Origin: Macrostomum lignano
Lineage: Eukaryota
Reading direction: 5' to 3'
Assembly: GCA_002269645.1 (NCBI GenBank)
Contig: NIVC01002737.1
Location: 62,001-126,000, forward strand
Length of the DNA stretch: 64,000 nt
Under the pieces are notes generated by a model. The model was not told where the DNA came from and searched no databases. It saw only the letters and a program-made list of their open reading frames with translations. This document shows, piece by piece, positions 33,070 to 44,201 of the stretch. Position 1 is the first letter of the stretch. Every line of letters starts with the position of its first letter. Made by a program: the position numbers and the translations under genes.

Positions 33070-33480
33070 TCCATCCATGGGATACCCGCCACACCTGGTC
33101 TCTCCCATCCATGGGATACCGCCACACCTGGTCTCTCCCATCCATGGGATACCGCCACACCTGGTCTCTCCCATCCATGGGGTACCCGGCACACCTGGTC
33201 TCTCCCATCCATGGGGTACCCGGCACACCTGGTCTCTCCCATCCATGGGGAACCCGGCACACCTGGTCACTCCCATCCATGGGGAACCCGGCACACCTGG
33301 TCTCTCACATCCATGGGGAACCCGGCACACCTGGTCTCTCCCATCCATGGGGAACCCGGCACACCTGGTCTCTCCCATCCATGGGGAACCCGGCACACCT
33401 GGTCTCTCCCATCCATGGGGTACCCGGCACACCTGGTCTCTCCCATCCATTGGGAACCCGGCACACCTGGTCTCTCCCAT
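33070..33480. repeat. 33/34-bp minisatellite downstream of paralog A
   Basis: Unit CCGGCACACCTGGTCTCTCCCATCCATGGGGAAC. Confidence 0.9.
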
Positions 33481-34059
33481 CGAGTTCGTCATACTGTCAA
33501 TGTTGACTTTTCGAATCAAAATTTGAATAGCTCTCCAATGCTGGCACAGAGGCTCCATGCGATTTCAATACCTGGGGAAAAGTATTTGCTGCATTTAAGC
33601 TTCAATATTTGCACTGCGAGTAGTTGCGCAATGTGTCTCTTATCTATAATATTTTACTTGTTGCTGCTATCCCAGTCAGTAAATATTATTGCAATTAGCG
33701 AACTTTCATAAACCCCACATTGTCACATGTCTCTGTTCACTTGTTAATCTGTAATAAGTTTGCCTGTATTCTGTTTTCATGTGTTTATTATTTTTTGCTG
33801 TTGTTTAACTGCCCCCAGTCATTTCCGCAGCTTTGCTTTTGCGTTAACACACTGTCTCGTTCTGTACATGCTATAAAATACGATAATTACATAACAATAT
33901 GATAATAATAAATTTATTTGCTAAAGAATTTTTCATTCTTTTTCTGTTGTTGCCGATTCATTATCGGAAAAATGCAGTTGTATTACTGTTCTGAAGCTTT
34001 GCTCATGTAGTGAAATAGACCAGGCTTTATTATTATAGCATAGTGTAGTGCATAGTGCA

Positions 34060-34495
34060 TGTTTAGTTCCTGGGATTCCCCTCCAGCACCCATCCCCCTG
34101 ACTGCCTACCCCACAGCGTACATTGAATGTCTGGGATTCCCCTCCAGCACCCACCCCTCACTGCTTACCCCACTGCGTACATTGAGGGCCTGAGATTCCC
34201 CTCCAGCACCCACCCCTCACTGCCTACCCCACTGCGTACATTGAGTGTCTGAGATCCCCCTCAAGCACCCACCCCTCACTGCCTACCCCACTGCGTACAT
34301 TGAATGTCTGGAATTCCTCTCCAGCACCCACCCCTCACTGCCTACCCCACTGCGTACATTGAATGTCTGGAATTCCTCTCCAGCACCCACCCCTCACTGC
34401 CTACCCCACTGCGTACATTGAATGTCTGGAATTCCTCTCCAGCACCCACCCCTCACTGCCTAACCCACTGCGTACATTAAATGTCTGGGATTCCC
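34060..34495. repeat. 59-bp minisatellite upstream of paralog B
   Basis: GTACATTGAATGTCTGG... recurs every 59 nt. Confidence 0.9.
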
Positions 34496-34557
34496 TTCTA
34501 GCGCAATGAGTCAAGTCTGCAATTACGCTTTTGCATGTAGCCTTTCACCACCAAACA

Positions 34558-37500
34558 ATGACGGACATTCTGCCTAGCCACTCCATCACCGGGGGCGTTT
34601 TTTCACCCCTGACCCTGTTCGAGTCCACCATCACCAACGCGCAGATGCTGGTGGAGTCCATGGCCGAGCGGGAGCTGTTCTCCGCCCTGCGCATCATCGG
34701 CGGCCTGCACAGCCACGTTGTCCAGGTCATGGAGCCGCGCTACGGCCGCCTGTGTGAGCGCAGCGACCACCTCGCCGAGCTGGAGGCCGCCGGCCTGGAT
34801 CAAAGCCACGGCTCCGCTGCCGAGGCTGCCGAAGCCACTTCATCCTCGTCGGCTGCTGCCGCTTCTAGCAGACGCTTCGCTAAGGAGGAGAAACTGCTAG
34901 GCGACACCGACACGGAGCAGCAGTGCACCTCAGTGCTGCGCTCCGCCCTTGGCACCATCAAGGTATTTCCTATTCACCGCGTTGTGATGTCGGCGCCTTT
35001 CCTATTATATTTGATGTCGCGGACTTTCCCATCTCCTCTGATGTCGCCGCCTTTCCCATCTCCTCTGATGTCGCCGCCTTTCCCATCTCCTCTGATGTCG
35101 CCGACTTTCCCATCTCCTCTGATGTCGCCGCCTTTCCCATCTCCTCTGATGTCGCCGACTTTCCCATCTCCTCTGATGTCGCCGACTTTCCCCACTCCTT
35201 TGATGTCGCCGCCTTTCCCCACTCCTTTGATGTCGCCGCCTTTCCCGTCTCTTTGATGTCGCCGTCATTCTCTTCTCTTCTGGTGCTCAACAGATGGAGA
35301 ACTTTGACGCGGCCGGCGCTTCCGCCCTGCCATCCGCCGCTAACGCAAACTTCGGCGAACAGCTGGAGCCGCCGGAGATCTTGGAAGAGGACGCCGATGA
35401 TGAAGACGAGGATGACGATTGCGTCATCACCGACTACTTCGACGACAGCAGCTTTGGCGCTAGCGGCATCGGCGCCTTCGGTGGCGTCGGCCCGTCGCCC
35501 GCCAAAATGCCGCGACTCGGCGGGGTCGGCGGCGGCGCAGGCGACAGCTCGATGCCGGCCGAGTGCAAGACCATCATGCGCCGGGCTTACAAAGCTCTCA
35601 AGGGCAACGGGCCGCATCTGTTTGACTTCAGCCTGCCGTGAGTCTCCTTAGCTGGCACGCCGGTTACCAGTCCCGGCCTCAGTCTGGAAACGCCTCTAGA
35701 AATCTTCGACCTTACATCAGCCAAAATGCAAACCCTGGTTAGGCTACCCTGAACAAACCCTGAGCCACCCCTGAACAAACCCTGAGCCACCCCTGAACTC
35801 AAGTCTGAGCCATTCCCTGAACTCAACCCTGAGCCACCCCTTGAACTCAACCCTGAGCCACCCCCTGAACTTAACCCTGAGCCACCCCCTGAGCTCAATC
35901 CTGAGCCACCCCCTGAACTCAACTCTGAGCCACCCCCTGAACTCAACTCTGAGCCACCCCCTGAACTCAACTCTGAGCCACCCCCTGATCTCAACCCTGA
36001 GCCAGCCCCTGAACTCAACCCTGAGCCACCCCTTGAACTCAACCCTGAGCCAGCCCTGATCTCTGTGGACTCAAGAGCGCCGCCTCCCCCACCGCCGGCC
36101 CCACAGCTTCTCTTCGGAGCACAACCAGCGAGTTGCCACCCGCGTCACCGCCAAAGCCAAGGAGATGGCCCAGGGCAAGGGCTGGCCGAGGACATTTGGC
36201 TGAGTGAGAATCAGTGCCGCTTTTTGTGCATTTAGATATAAAGTTTGATAAGTTGATAAATGATGTGTAGAATACAACTCTTAATTAAGATTACACTGCG
36301 TATGAAGTAGTTAATAGAATAGATTAATCGTAAAATCTTATCTTAGTTATATTCTATTAATACTACTCGCACAGACTAGCCAAGTAGTATCTATAGGCTG
36401 CGCTAATGTGCTAATTTTACCTGCCCTCAAGTCTGGAAACGTCGCAAGTAATTTGGGTACAAGAAATATTTAATAACTAATTTTAATCTCCTTTCAACTT
36501 GGGCTGCTTCTAATAGGTTCATGTCTGACTATTTGAGACACAATCAGAGACTTAATTATGCATTAATTATCTAATTAATTATTTGCATTATTTCTATTGC
36601 CGAACTGCCTACAGTTAGCAGGTGGTAAAGCGATGTAATGCTACTGAGACTGTTGCCTATTCGACGTTTCTTATTGGCCATTTAGAATGAGTTTTGAATA
36701 AAGCTGAACTGCTCAACTCACACTTAGAACTGCCCTACGGCTCAAGGCTAGTCTACCTGTACCTGGATTTTCGGCAAAAGATGAGGTTTAAGCATCGATG
36801 CGTTGTAAGCTTTGCTGGTCATCTCTGTTTCTATCGGTTTTTTGTGTCACACCAGCCTCCACTGTCCTGCTTGCGATGTTCGCCCAGACTCGCGTCTTTA
36901 TAACAGGCTTTGCTCAAAACAGTTTTGCCAATATGTTTCTGGCCTCCAATTTGCCCAGGGCTGCCCAAAGAGTCCAGAGTAAATCGGATTCACTGCACCT
37001 ATGGAGCCCGTCTGCGCGCCAAGCACAGGCAGATTGTGAGTTCCCTCCCCCTGTGCCCTCCCCTGTACCTTGATGAGCCGCCTCTCCCCCTGTGCCTTTG
37101 ATGAGCCGCCTCTCCCCTTGTGCCTTTGATAAGCCGCCTCCCTCCCCCTGTGCCTTTGATAAGCCGCCTCCCTCCCCCTGAGCCTTTGATGAGCCGCCTC
37201 TCCCCCATGTGCCTTTGATCAGCCGCCTCTGCCCCTGTGCCTTTGATGAGCGGCCTCCCTTCCCCTGAGCCTTTGATAAGCCGCCTCTCCCCTGAGCCTT
37301 TGATGAGCCGCCTCTCCCCTTGTGCCTTTGATAAGCCGCCTCCCTCCCCTGAGCCTTTGATAAGCCGCCTCTCCCCTTGTGCCTTTGATAAGCCGCCTCC
37401 CTCCCCTGAGCCTTTGATGAGCCGCCTCTCCCCCATGTGCCTTTGATCAGCCGCCTCTGCCCCTGTGCCTTTGATGAGCGGCCTCCCTTCCCCTGAGCCT

Positions 37501-40455
37501 TTGATAAGCCGCCTCTCCCCTGAGCCTTTGATGAGCCGCCTCTCCCCTTGTGCCTTTGATAAGCCGCCTCCCTCCCCCTGTGCCTTTGATAAGCCGCCCC
37601 CCTCCCCTGAGCCTTTGATGAGCCGCCTCTCCCCATGTGCCTTTGATCAGCCGCCTCTGCCCCTGTGCCTTTGATGAGCGGCCTCCCTTCCCCTGAGCCT
37701 TTGATAAGCCGCCTCTCCCCTGAGCCTTTGATGAGCCGCCTCTCCCCTTGTGCCTTTGATAAGCCGCCTCTCCCCCCTGTGCCTTTGATAAGCCGCCTCC
37801 CTCCCCCTGAGCCTTTGATGAGCCGCCTCTCCCCCATGTGCCTTTGATCAGCCGCCTCTGCCCCTGTGCCTTTGATGAGCGGCCTCCCTTCCCCTGAGCC
37901 TTTGATAAGCCGCCTCTCCCCTGAGCCTTTGATGAGCCGCCTCTCCCCTTGTGCCTTTGATAAGCCGCCTCCCTCCCCTGAGCCTTTGATAAGCCGCCTC
38001 TCCCCTTGTGCCTTTGATAAGCCGCCTCCCTCCCCCTGAGCCTTTGATAAGCCGCCTCTCCCCTTGTGCCTTTGATGAGCCGCCTCTCCCCTTGTGCCTT
38101 TGATAAGCCGCCTCCCTCCCCTGAGCCTTTGATAAGCCGCCTCTCCCCTTGTGCCTTTGATCAGCCGCCTCTCCCCCTGTGCCTTTGATAAGCCGCCTCC
38201 CTCCCCCCTGAGCCTTTGATGTCCGCCTGTCTTTGCGCTGGGTTAAGCAAGTCAGTGATAAATAAGTCTACAATTTTACAATCAATTCGACGTTTCCCGT
38301 CTGGACAGTTGGCTAAAAACTCTCGCCTATAAGTGCACCCAGAGTCTGAGGCGATTTTCCCGCAGGACTGCCGAAAGTCGGCCGCCTGTCCGAGATTTTC
38401 TTTGTTTTCAGAAGTCAAATCCGAAACAAGCTGCGACTCGTTGTACGCAATTGTCACAGTTCCGCACTTTCTCTGTTGTGTTGGGAATTTTTCTGTCAAA
38501 AATTTTCTACGATGCATATCGGCGTTTCCTGACTAAAGTTGAGCAGATTTGGCTTTGCGTAGCAAATTTCTACCAAAGTCGCTATCGTCTACTCACGCCA
38601 GTCAGTAGTGTATTGAGGAGTGCTCGGCTCACTTTTTACATCTATTTTTAGATCTGCCTTCCAGCGGCAAAATCAGGAAGATATTCACCGATTTTAGGCA
38701 GAAGATGCGCGCTAGGCTGGTGCTTGGCGTGCGTGCCCGATTTTCTCTGTTTAGGTTTTTATTTAATTTTTTGACGTTTCCCGGCTGCCTGTAAGCTCAC
38801 TGCTGTGTGAGGCTTGTGCTTGCTAACACTTGACCTGACTGCCCCGCTGTTGCAGGGCTGCCACACACCGGCCGGCCGACCGCCATATTCAACGATTTTA
38901 GAAAGAAAATGCGCACCAGGTTTCGGATGGATGTTAGTGATAATTGCTTTAGGTGTTTCTATGGGGCTCTGCGAATTCCGCTTCAGTGCTGAGACGTTTC
39001 CTGACAATGGCCGGGTGCTGCAATTGTGCGAACCCCCCCGTGTCCGTCACGCCACCGACTGCCGCTTGCAGATCTGCCGCCCAAGGCCCGCCTGCTCGCC
39101 ATTTTTGGCGACTTTAAAAAGAAAAGGCGATTCAAGTCCCGCTCTGATGTCAGTGCAGCTGGGTGGCTTTTCGCCTCATCTGTGTTGTTTGTTTTTCCCC
39201 ATTTTTGATTGCTCTGCCTTGGCGGGGTAGGCAGGGTAGCTAGATTGGTAGACAGACAAATTGATTGATTGACAGACAGGCCGGCAGGCAAACAAACACT
39301 AAGATAGGCAAACAGACAGACACAGATACGCTAGCAGACCAACGTAATTGCGCGGTGCACCGTGGGGGGGTGTGAGGCTGTACATTGCTGGCACTGTGGG
39401 GCCCCGGGCCAGCAACCTTTACCCGCTGTAACTTATCGCTCAGCCTGTTACAATGCCAGACGTTTCCTGACAACTCAGACTGTGAATTGTACAGCACACA
39501 GAATTGCCAGCAAACAGTTACCCATCGCGCGCGTTGCAGAGCTGCCCATGAACAGCCGATTGATCTGCATATTCGCCGACTTTAGAAAGAAGATGCGCAA
39601 CAGATTTCGTTCAGATGTTGGTCCGGGTTCAAAACTCGATTTCAGAGCTTTCAGGCTGCGATATGAAAATATTTGTTACATGCTATTGGAACTACTGTAC
39701 TGACTGCTGATCAGTAGTCAATGCCATCATGATATGAAAAATGATTCCTCTCTGATTTGCTTCTGTTTAAACTGTACTGAGCTGTCGAAAAGCCACTGCA
39801 TGACCTGAGCTATGACTGAAAAGCCACTGCATGACCTGATCTATGACTGAAAAGCCACTGCATGACCTGATCTATGACTGAAAAGCCACTGCATGACCTG
39901 AGCTATGACTGAACAGCCGCTGTATGAGATCTGAGCTATGACTGAAAAGCCACCACTCTATGACCTGAGCTATGACTGAAAAGCCACTGTATGAAGGCTA
40001 TGACTGAAATGAATCTCAAAGCAGCCAGCTCTCGCAGTCTTGCCTCGCTTCCCCCGAACTTGCAGAAGCTGAACCGCCGTCAGAAAAGTTTCGAACTCGT
40101 GGCCACCAGCCTGACCTCCGACGAGCTGGAGAAGTTCCGCGTGATCCTCACCAGGGAGTACACCAGCTCGGATGAGGAGTGCGGCTCCGGCGGCGCCGAC
40201 CAGCTGCGGGTCCGCGAGCTGTCCTGGGAGTCCGACGAGGTGAAGCGGCTGAAGCGGCAGCTGGACCAGGTTTACGCGGACAACTGCGCCACCACCAAGC
40301 AGAAGCAGCAGCTGGCCAGGTGCATCCGCGACCCCGTCCGATCGCGGTCGCAGCGGCCGCCGCCCGAGGCTGCGCCAAGCTGGGCTTTGAAGGCGCCGCT
40401 GCAGAAGAACCGGCCGGGAGACGGCGCTCCGCCGCCCGCCTCCGGCACAGCCTGA
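34558..40455 (+). CDS. Paralog B: C14orf93/RTFC-like-domain protein with a mutually exclusive exon cluster, ~437 aa (1-nt frameshift in exon 3 as given)
   Basis: Exons 34558-34962, 35294-35637, 36107-36203, one 77-nt cassette, and 40066-40455. Shares FSPLTLFE.TITNAQML..SMA.R, ECK..R.AYK..KGNGPHLFDF, NQRV and KL.RRQKSFEL..YTSSDEE with paralog A, with the same intron positions and phases around the cluster. Confidence 0.82.
35745..36058. repeat. 24-bp minisatellite (paralog B intron 2)
   Basis: Unit CCCTGAACTCAACCCTGAGCCACC. Confidence 0.9.
36430..36448 (+). promoter_or_regulatory. RNA docking site for the paralog B cluster
   Basis: AGTCTGGAAACGTCGCAAG is complementary to selectors at 36662, 36870, 38288, 38520, 38772, 38993 and 39459, one upstream of each cassette. 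Confidence 0.82.
36728..39616 (+). other. Paralog B alternative exon cluster (7 homologous 77-nt cassettes)
   Basis: 36728-36804 KLPYGSRLVYLYLDFRQKMRFKHRCV; 36959-37035 RLPKESRVNRIHCTYGARLRAKHRQI; 38366-38442 RLPKVGRLSEIFFVFRSQIRNKLRLV; 38652-38728 NLPSSGKIRKIFTDFRQKMRARLVLG; 38856-38932 RLPHTGRPTAIFNDFRKKMRTRFRMD; 39072-39148 NLPPKARLLAIFGDFKKKRRFKSRSD; 39540-39616 KLPMNSRLICIFADFRKKMRNRFRSD. All have identical length, AG/GT ends and phase 1->0. Confidence 0.9.
37050..38222. repeat. 27-29-bp minisatellite with higher-order blocks between cassettes B2 and B3
   Basis: Unit CCTTTGAT(A/G)AGCCGCCTC(T/C)CCCC(TGAG/TTGTG). Confidence 0.92.
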
Positions 40456-41384
40456 CCGCCTTCGCGAGTTACTCCTGCTTGACCTGACTTCATCTGCCCT
40501 TCTCCGTTATCCGCTCCCATACGCCCTTACCCTCCGTTATTCGCCCCTTCATCCGCCCTTACCCTCCTTTATTCAACCCCATTCGCCCTTATTTTCCGTT
40601 ATCCGCCACCTCATCCGCCCTTACCCTCCGTTATCCGCCCCCTCATCCGCCCCCTCATCCGCCCTTACCCTCTGTTATTCGCCCCTTCATCCGCCCTTAC
40701 CCTCCTTTATTCGCCCTTACCCTCCGTTATTCGCCCTTACCCTCCGTTATCCGCCCTTACTCTCCGTTATTTGCCCCTCCAGCCGCCCTTTCTCTTTATC
40801 CGCCCCCTTTCTTGCCCTTGCTCTCACAGTCTCTGTTATCCGCCCCGCCTCCGCTCAGTCGCAGTTCGCAAGCGCGGACCAGTATTCGAACCCGGGGCAA
40901 CGAGTTATTGAACTGTTATTAAAAGCCGCTCTGTGCCCTCCTGTTTGCGCGTCTGCAATCCCCTGTGCCGCTGTTCAATGTACATTGACTTGTGTTTTAT
41001 TGAATATTTTCTGTTCGTGGCAGACTTTGCATTTTTATTTTTGTAAACTATTTGAGTATCAATATATTTGCTTTGTCAATCACCCATCAGTTAGCATGGA
41101 CTGTTTTATTTTTCATTAATATGCACCCGCGTTTAATCACAATGTCCAGGCTCTGTTGAACTGCAATTGAATGTCTTTAACCAGGCAAATACAGAACCGC
41201 CAACGCATTAACAACTGCTTATTCAATTATCAATTGCTGTTGCGAAATGATCGAATTCTTATCGATAAATATCTTGATGAGCTGGCTGCTTTTTTTTCAA
41301 TTGCAAAAGACATTTTTGCAATTGCATTATAAAAAATATCAGGTTAGTTTGTGGACTCAGATATCATTGGGAATCACCAAAATG

Positions 41385-43682
41385 AGATCTGCAATCGTGG
41401 TGGATCCTCGAAGTGAGACCTGCAATCATGGGGGGGGGATCCTCACAGTGAGATCTGCTATCATGGGGGATCCTCACAGTGAGATCTGCAATCATGGGGG
41501 ATCCTCACAGTGAGATCTGCAATCATGGGGGATCCTCACAGTGAGATCTGCTATCATGGGGGATCCTCACAGTGAGATCTGCAACCATGGGGGGATCCTC
41601 ACAGTGAGATCTGCAATCATGGGGGATCCTCACAGTGAGATCTGCAATCATGGGGGATCCTCACAGTGAGATCTGCAATCATGGGGATCCTCACAGTGAG
41701 ATCTGCAATCATGGGGGATCCTCACAGTGAGATCTGCAATCATGGGGGATCCTCACAGTGAGATCTGCAATCACGGGGGGATCCTCACAGTGAGATCTGC
41801 AATCATGGGGGATCCTCACAGTGAGATCTGCAATCATGGGGGATCCTCACAGTGAGATCTGCAATCATGGGGATCCTCACAGTGAGATCTGCAATCACGG
41901 GGGATCCTCACAGTGAGATCTGCAATCATGGGGGATCCTCACAGTGAGATCTGCAATCATGGGGGATCCTCACAGTGAGATCTGCAATCATGGGGGATCC
42001 TCACAGTGAGATCTGCAATCATGGGGGATCCTCACAGTGAGATCTGCAATCATGGGGGGATCCTCACAGTGAGATCTGCAATCATGGGGGATCCTCACAG
42101 TGAGATCTGCAATCATGGGGGATCCTCACAGTGAGATCTGCAATCACGGGGGGATCCTCACAGTGAGATCTGCAATCATGGGGGATCCTCACAGTGAGAT
42201 CTGCAATCATGGGGGATCCTCACAGTGAGATCTGCAATCATGGGGGATCCTCACAGTGAGATCTGCAATCATGGGGGATCCTCACAGTGAGATCTGCAAT
42301 CATGGGGGATCCTCACAGTGAGATCTGCAATCATGGGGGATCCTCACAGTGAGATCTGCAATCATGGGGGATCCTCACAGTGAGATCTGCAATCACGGGG
42401 GGATCCTCACAGTGAGATCTGCAATCATGGGGGATCCTCACAGTGAGATCTGCAATCATGGGGGATCCTCACAGTGAGATCTGCAATCATGGGGGATCCT
42501 CACAGTGAGATCTGCAATCATGGGGGATCCTCACAGTGAGATCTGCAATCATGGGGGGATCCTCGAAGTGAGATCTGCAATCACGGGGGGATCCTCATAG
42601 TGAGATCTGCAATCACGGGGGATCCTCGAAGTGAGATCTGCAATCACGGCGGATCCTCACAGTGAGATCTGCAATCACGGCGGATCCTCACAGTGAGATC
42701 TGCAATCATGGGGGATCCTCACAGTGAGATCTGCAATCATGGGGGATCCTCACAGTGAGATCTGCAATCATGGGGGATCCTCACAGTGAGATCTGCAATC
42801 ATGGGGGATCCTCACAGTGAGATCTGCAATCATGGGGATCCTCACAGTGAGATCTGCAATCATGGGGGATCCTCACAGTGAGATCTGCAATCACGGGGGA
42901 TCCTCACAGTGAGATCTGCAATCATGGGGGATCCTCACAGTGAGATCTGCAATCATGGGGGATCCTCACAGTGAGATCTGCAATCATGGGGGATCCTCAC
43001 AGTGAGATCTGCAATCATGGGGGATCCTCACAGTGAGATCTGCAATCATGGGGGATCCTCACAGTGAGATCTGCAATCATGGGGGATCCTCACAGTGAGA
43101 TCTGCAATCACGGGGGGGATCCTCACAGTGAGATCTGCAATCATGGGGGATCCTCACAGTGAGATCTGCAATCATGGGGGATCCTCACAGTGAGATCTGC
43201 AATCATGGGGGATCCTCACAGTGAGATCTGCAATCATGGGGGATCCTCACAGTGAGATCTGCAATCATGGGGGGATCCTCGAAGTGAGATCTGCAATCAC
43301 GGGGGGATCCTCATAGTGAGATCTGCAATCACGGGGGATCCTCGAAGTGAGATCTGCAATCACGGCGGATCCTCACAGTGAGATCTGCAATCACGGCGGA
43401 TCCTCACAGTGAGATCTGCAATAATGGGGGATCCTCACAGTGAGATCTGCAATCATGGGGATCCTCACAGTGAGATCTGCAATCATGGGGATCCTCACAG
43501 TGAGATCTGCAATCATGGGGGATCCTCACAGTGAGATCTGCAATCACGGGGGGGATCCTCACAGTGAGATCTGCAATCATGGGGGATCCTCACAGTGAGA
43601 TCTGCAATCACGGCGGATCCTCACAGTGAGATCTGCAATCACGGCGGATCCTCACAGTGAGATCTGCAATCACGGGGGATCC
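41385..43682. repeat. ~31-bp intergenic minisatellite
   Basis: Unit TCCTCACAGTGAGATCTGCAATCATGGGGGA, ~70 copies with a variable G run and no spacers. Confidence 0.95.
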
Positions 43683-44201
43683 CCAGAGTAAAATCTACAA
43701 TCATGGGGGATCCCAAAGTGAGATCTTTCGGCCTCATCAATCGCCATTGGACATTCGAACTTCTGAGAACATTGAGAAGTCAGTCCTACGTTACACAATT
43801 TTAAGCGGCCCACATACAGGTTAGACACCCCAAAGACTGTTTGCGAGCCCTGTTTGTCCAATGCTGTTTATTTAACTTTCTTCGCGCGGACTGCGAGCCC
43901 AGAGCGCTGAGTTGCGCTGCTGGGTAACTGCTGAGATGAATTTTGGCTTTGCTTGCTCACGGCTCAGCAGCGCTCAGCTTCTGCATGCGATGCAGAAGGC
44001 AAATATAATTTCTTAATTCATAGCAGCAGAGAATTGAGTACAAGCTCGAGATTTGAGCCGAGCAAATTCAAGTGTCTTCGGTGTTGCCGAGCCCCATGGC
44101 AACCTCGGAATACACAATTCGGAGTTTGAGTTTGAGTTGAAAAATACTGCGCACTGCACGGCAGCGACGGCAGAGCATAGAAGCAGAGCAGAAGCAGCAA
44201 G

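Noticed and set aside
36397-36450. Exon-like SCANVLILPALK segment covering the B dock (start resembles cassette A6)
   Set aside because: No phase-0 donor and a stop follows; the similarity is only about 8 nt.
38451-38651. Extra B cassette in the ORF ...KIFYDAYRRFLTKVEQIWLC
   Set aside because: The only acceptor gives phase 0, it lacks the LP..R..IF.DF consensus, and it overlaps selector 4.
36728-39616. Cassettes as constitutive tandem repeat exons
   Set aside because: Each is 3n+2, so consecutive inclusion shifts frame and meets a stop (TAA in the second B cassette). Six in series in A does not restore frame.
41385-43682. Regular ~31-bp repeats as a CRISPR array (likewise the other arrays)
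   Set aside because: Units are contiguous with no unique spacers, there are no cas genes, and the context is eukaryotic.
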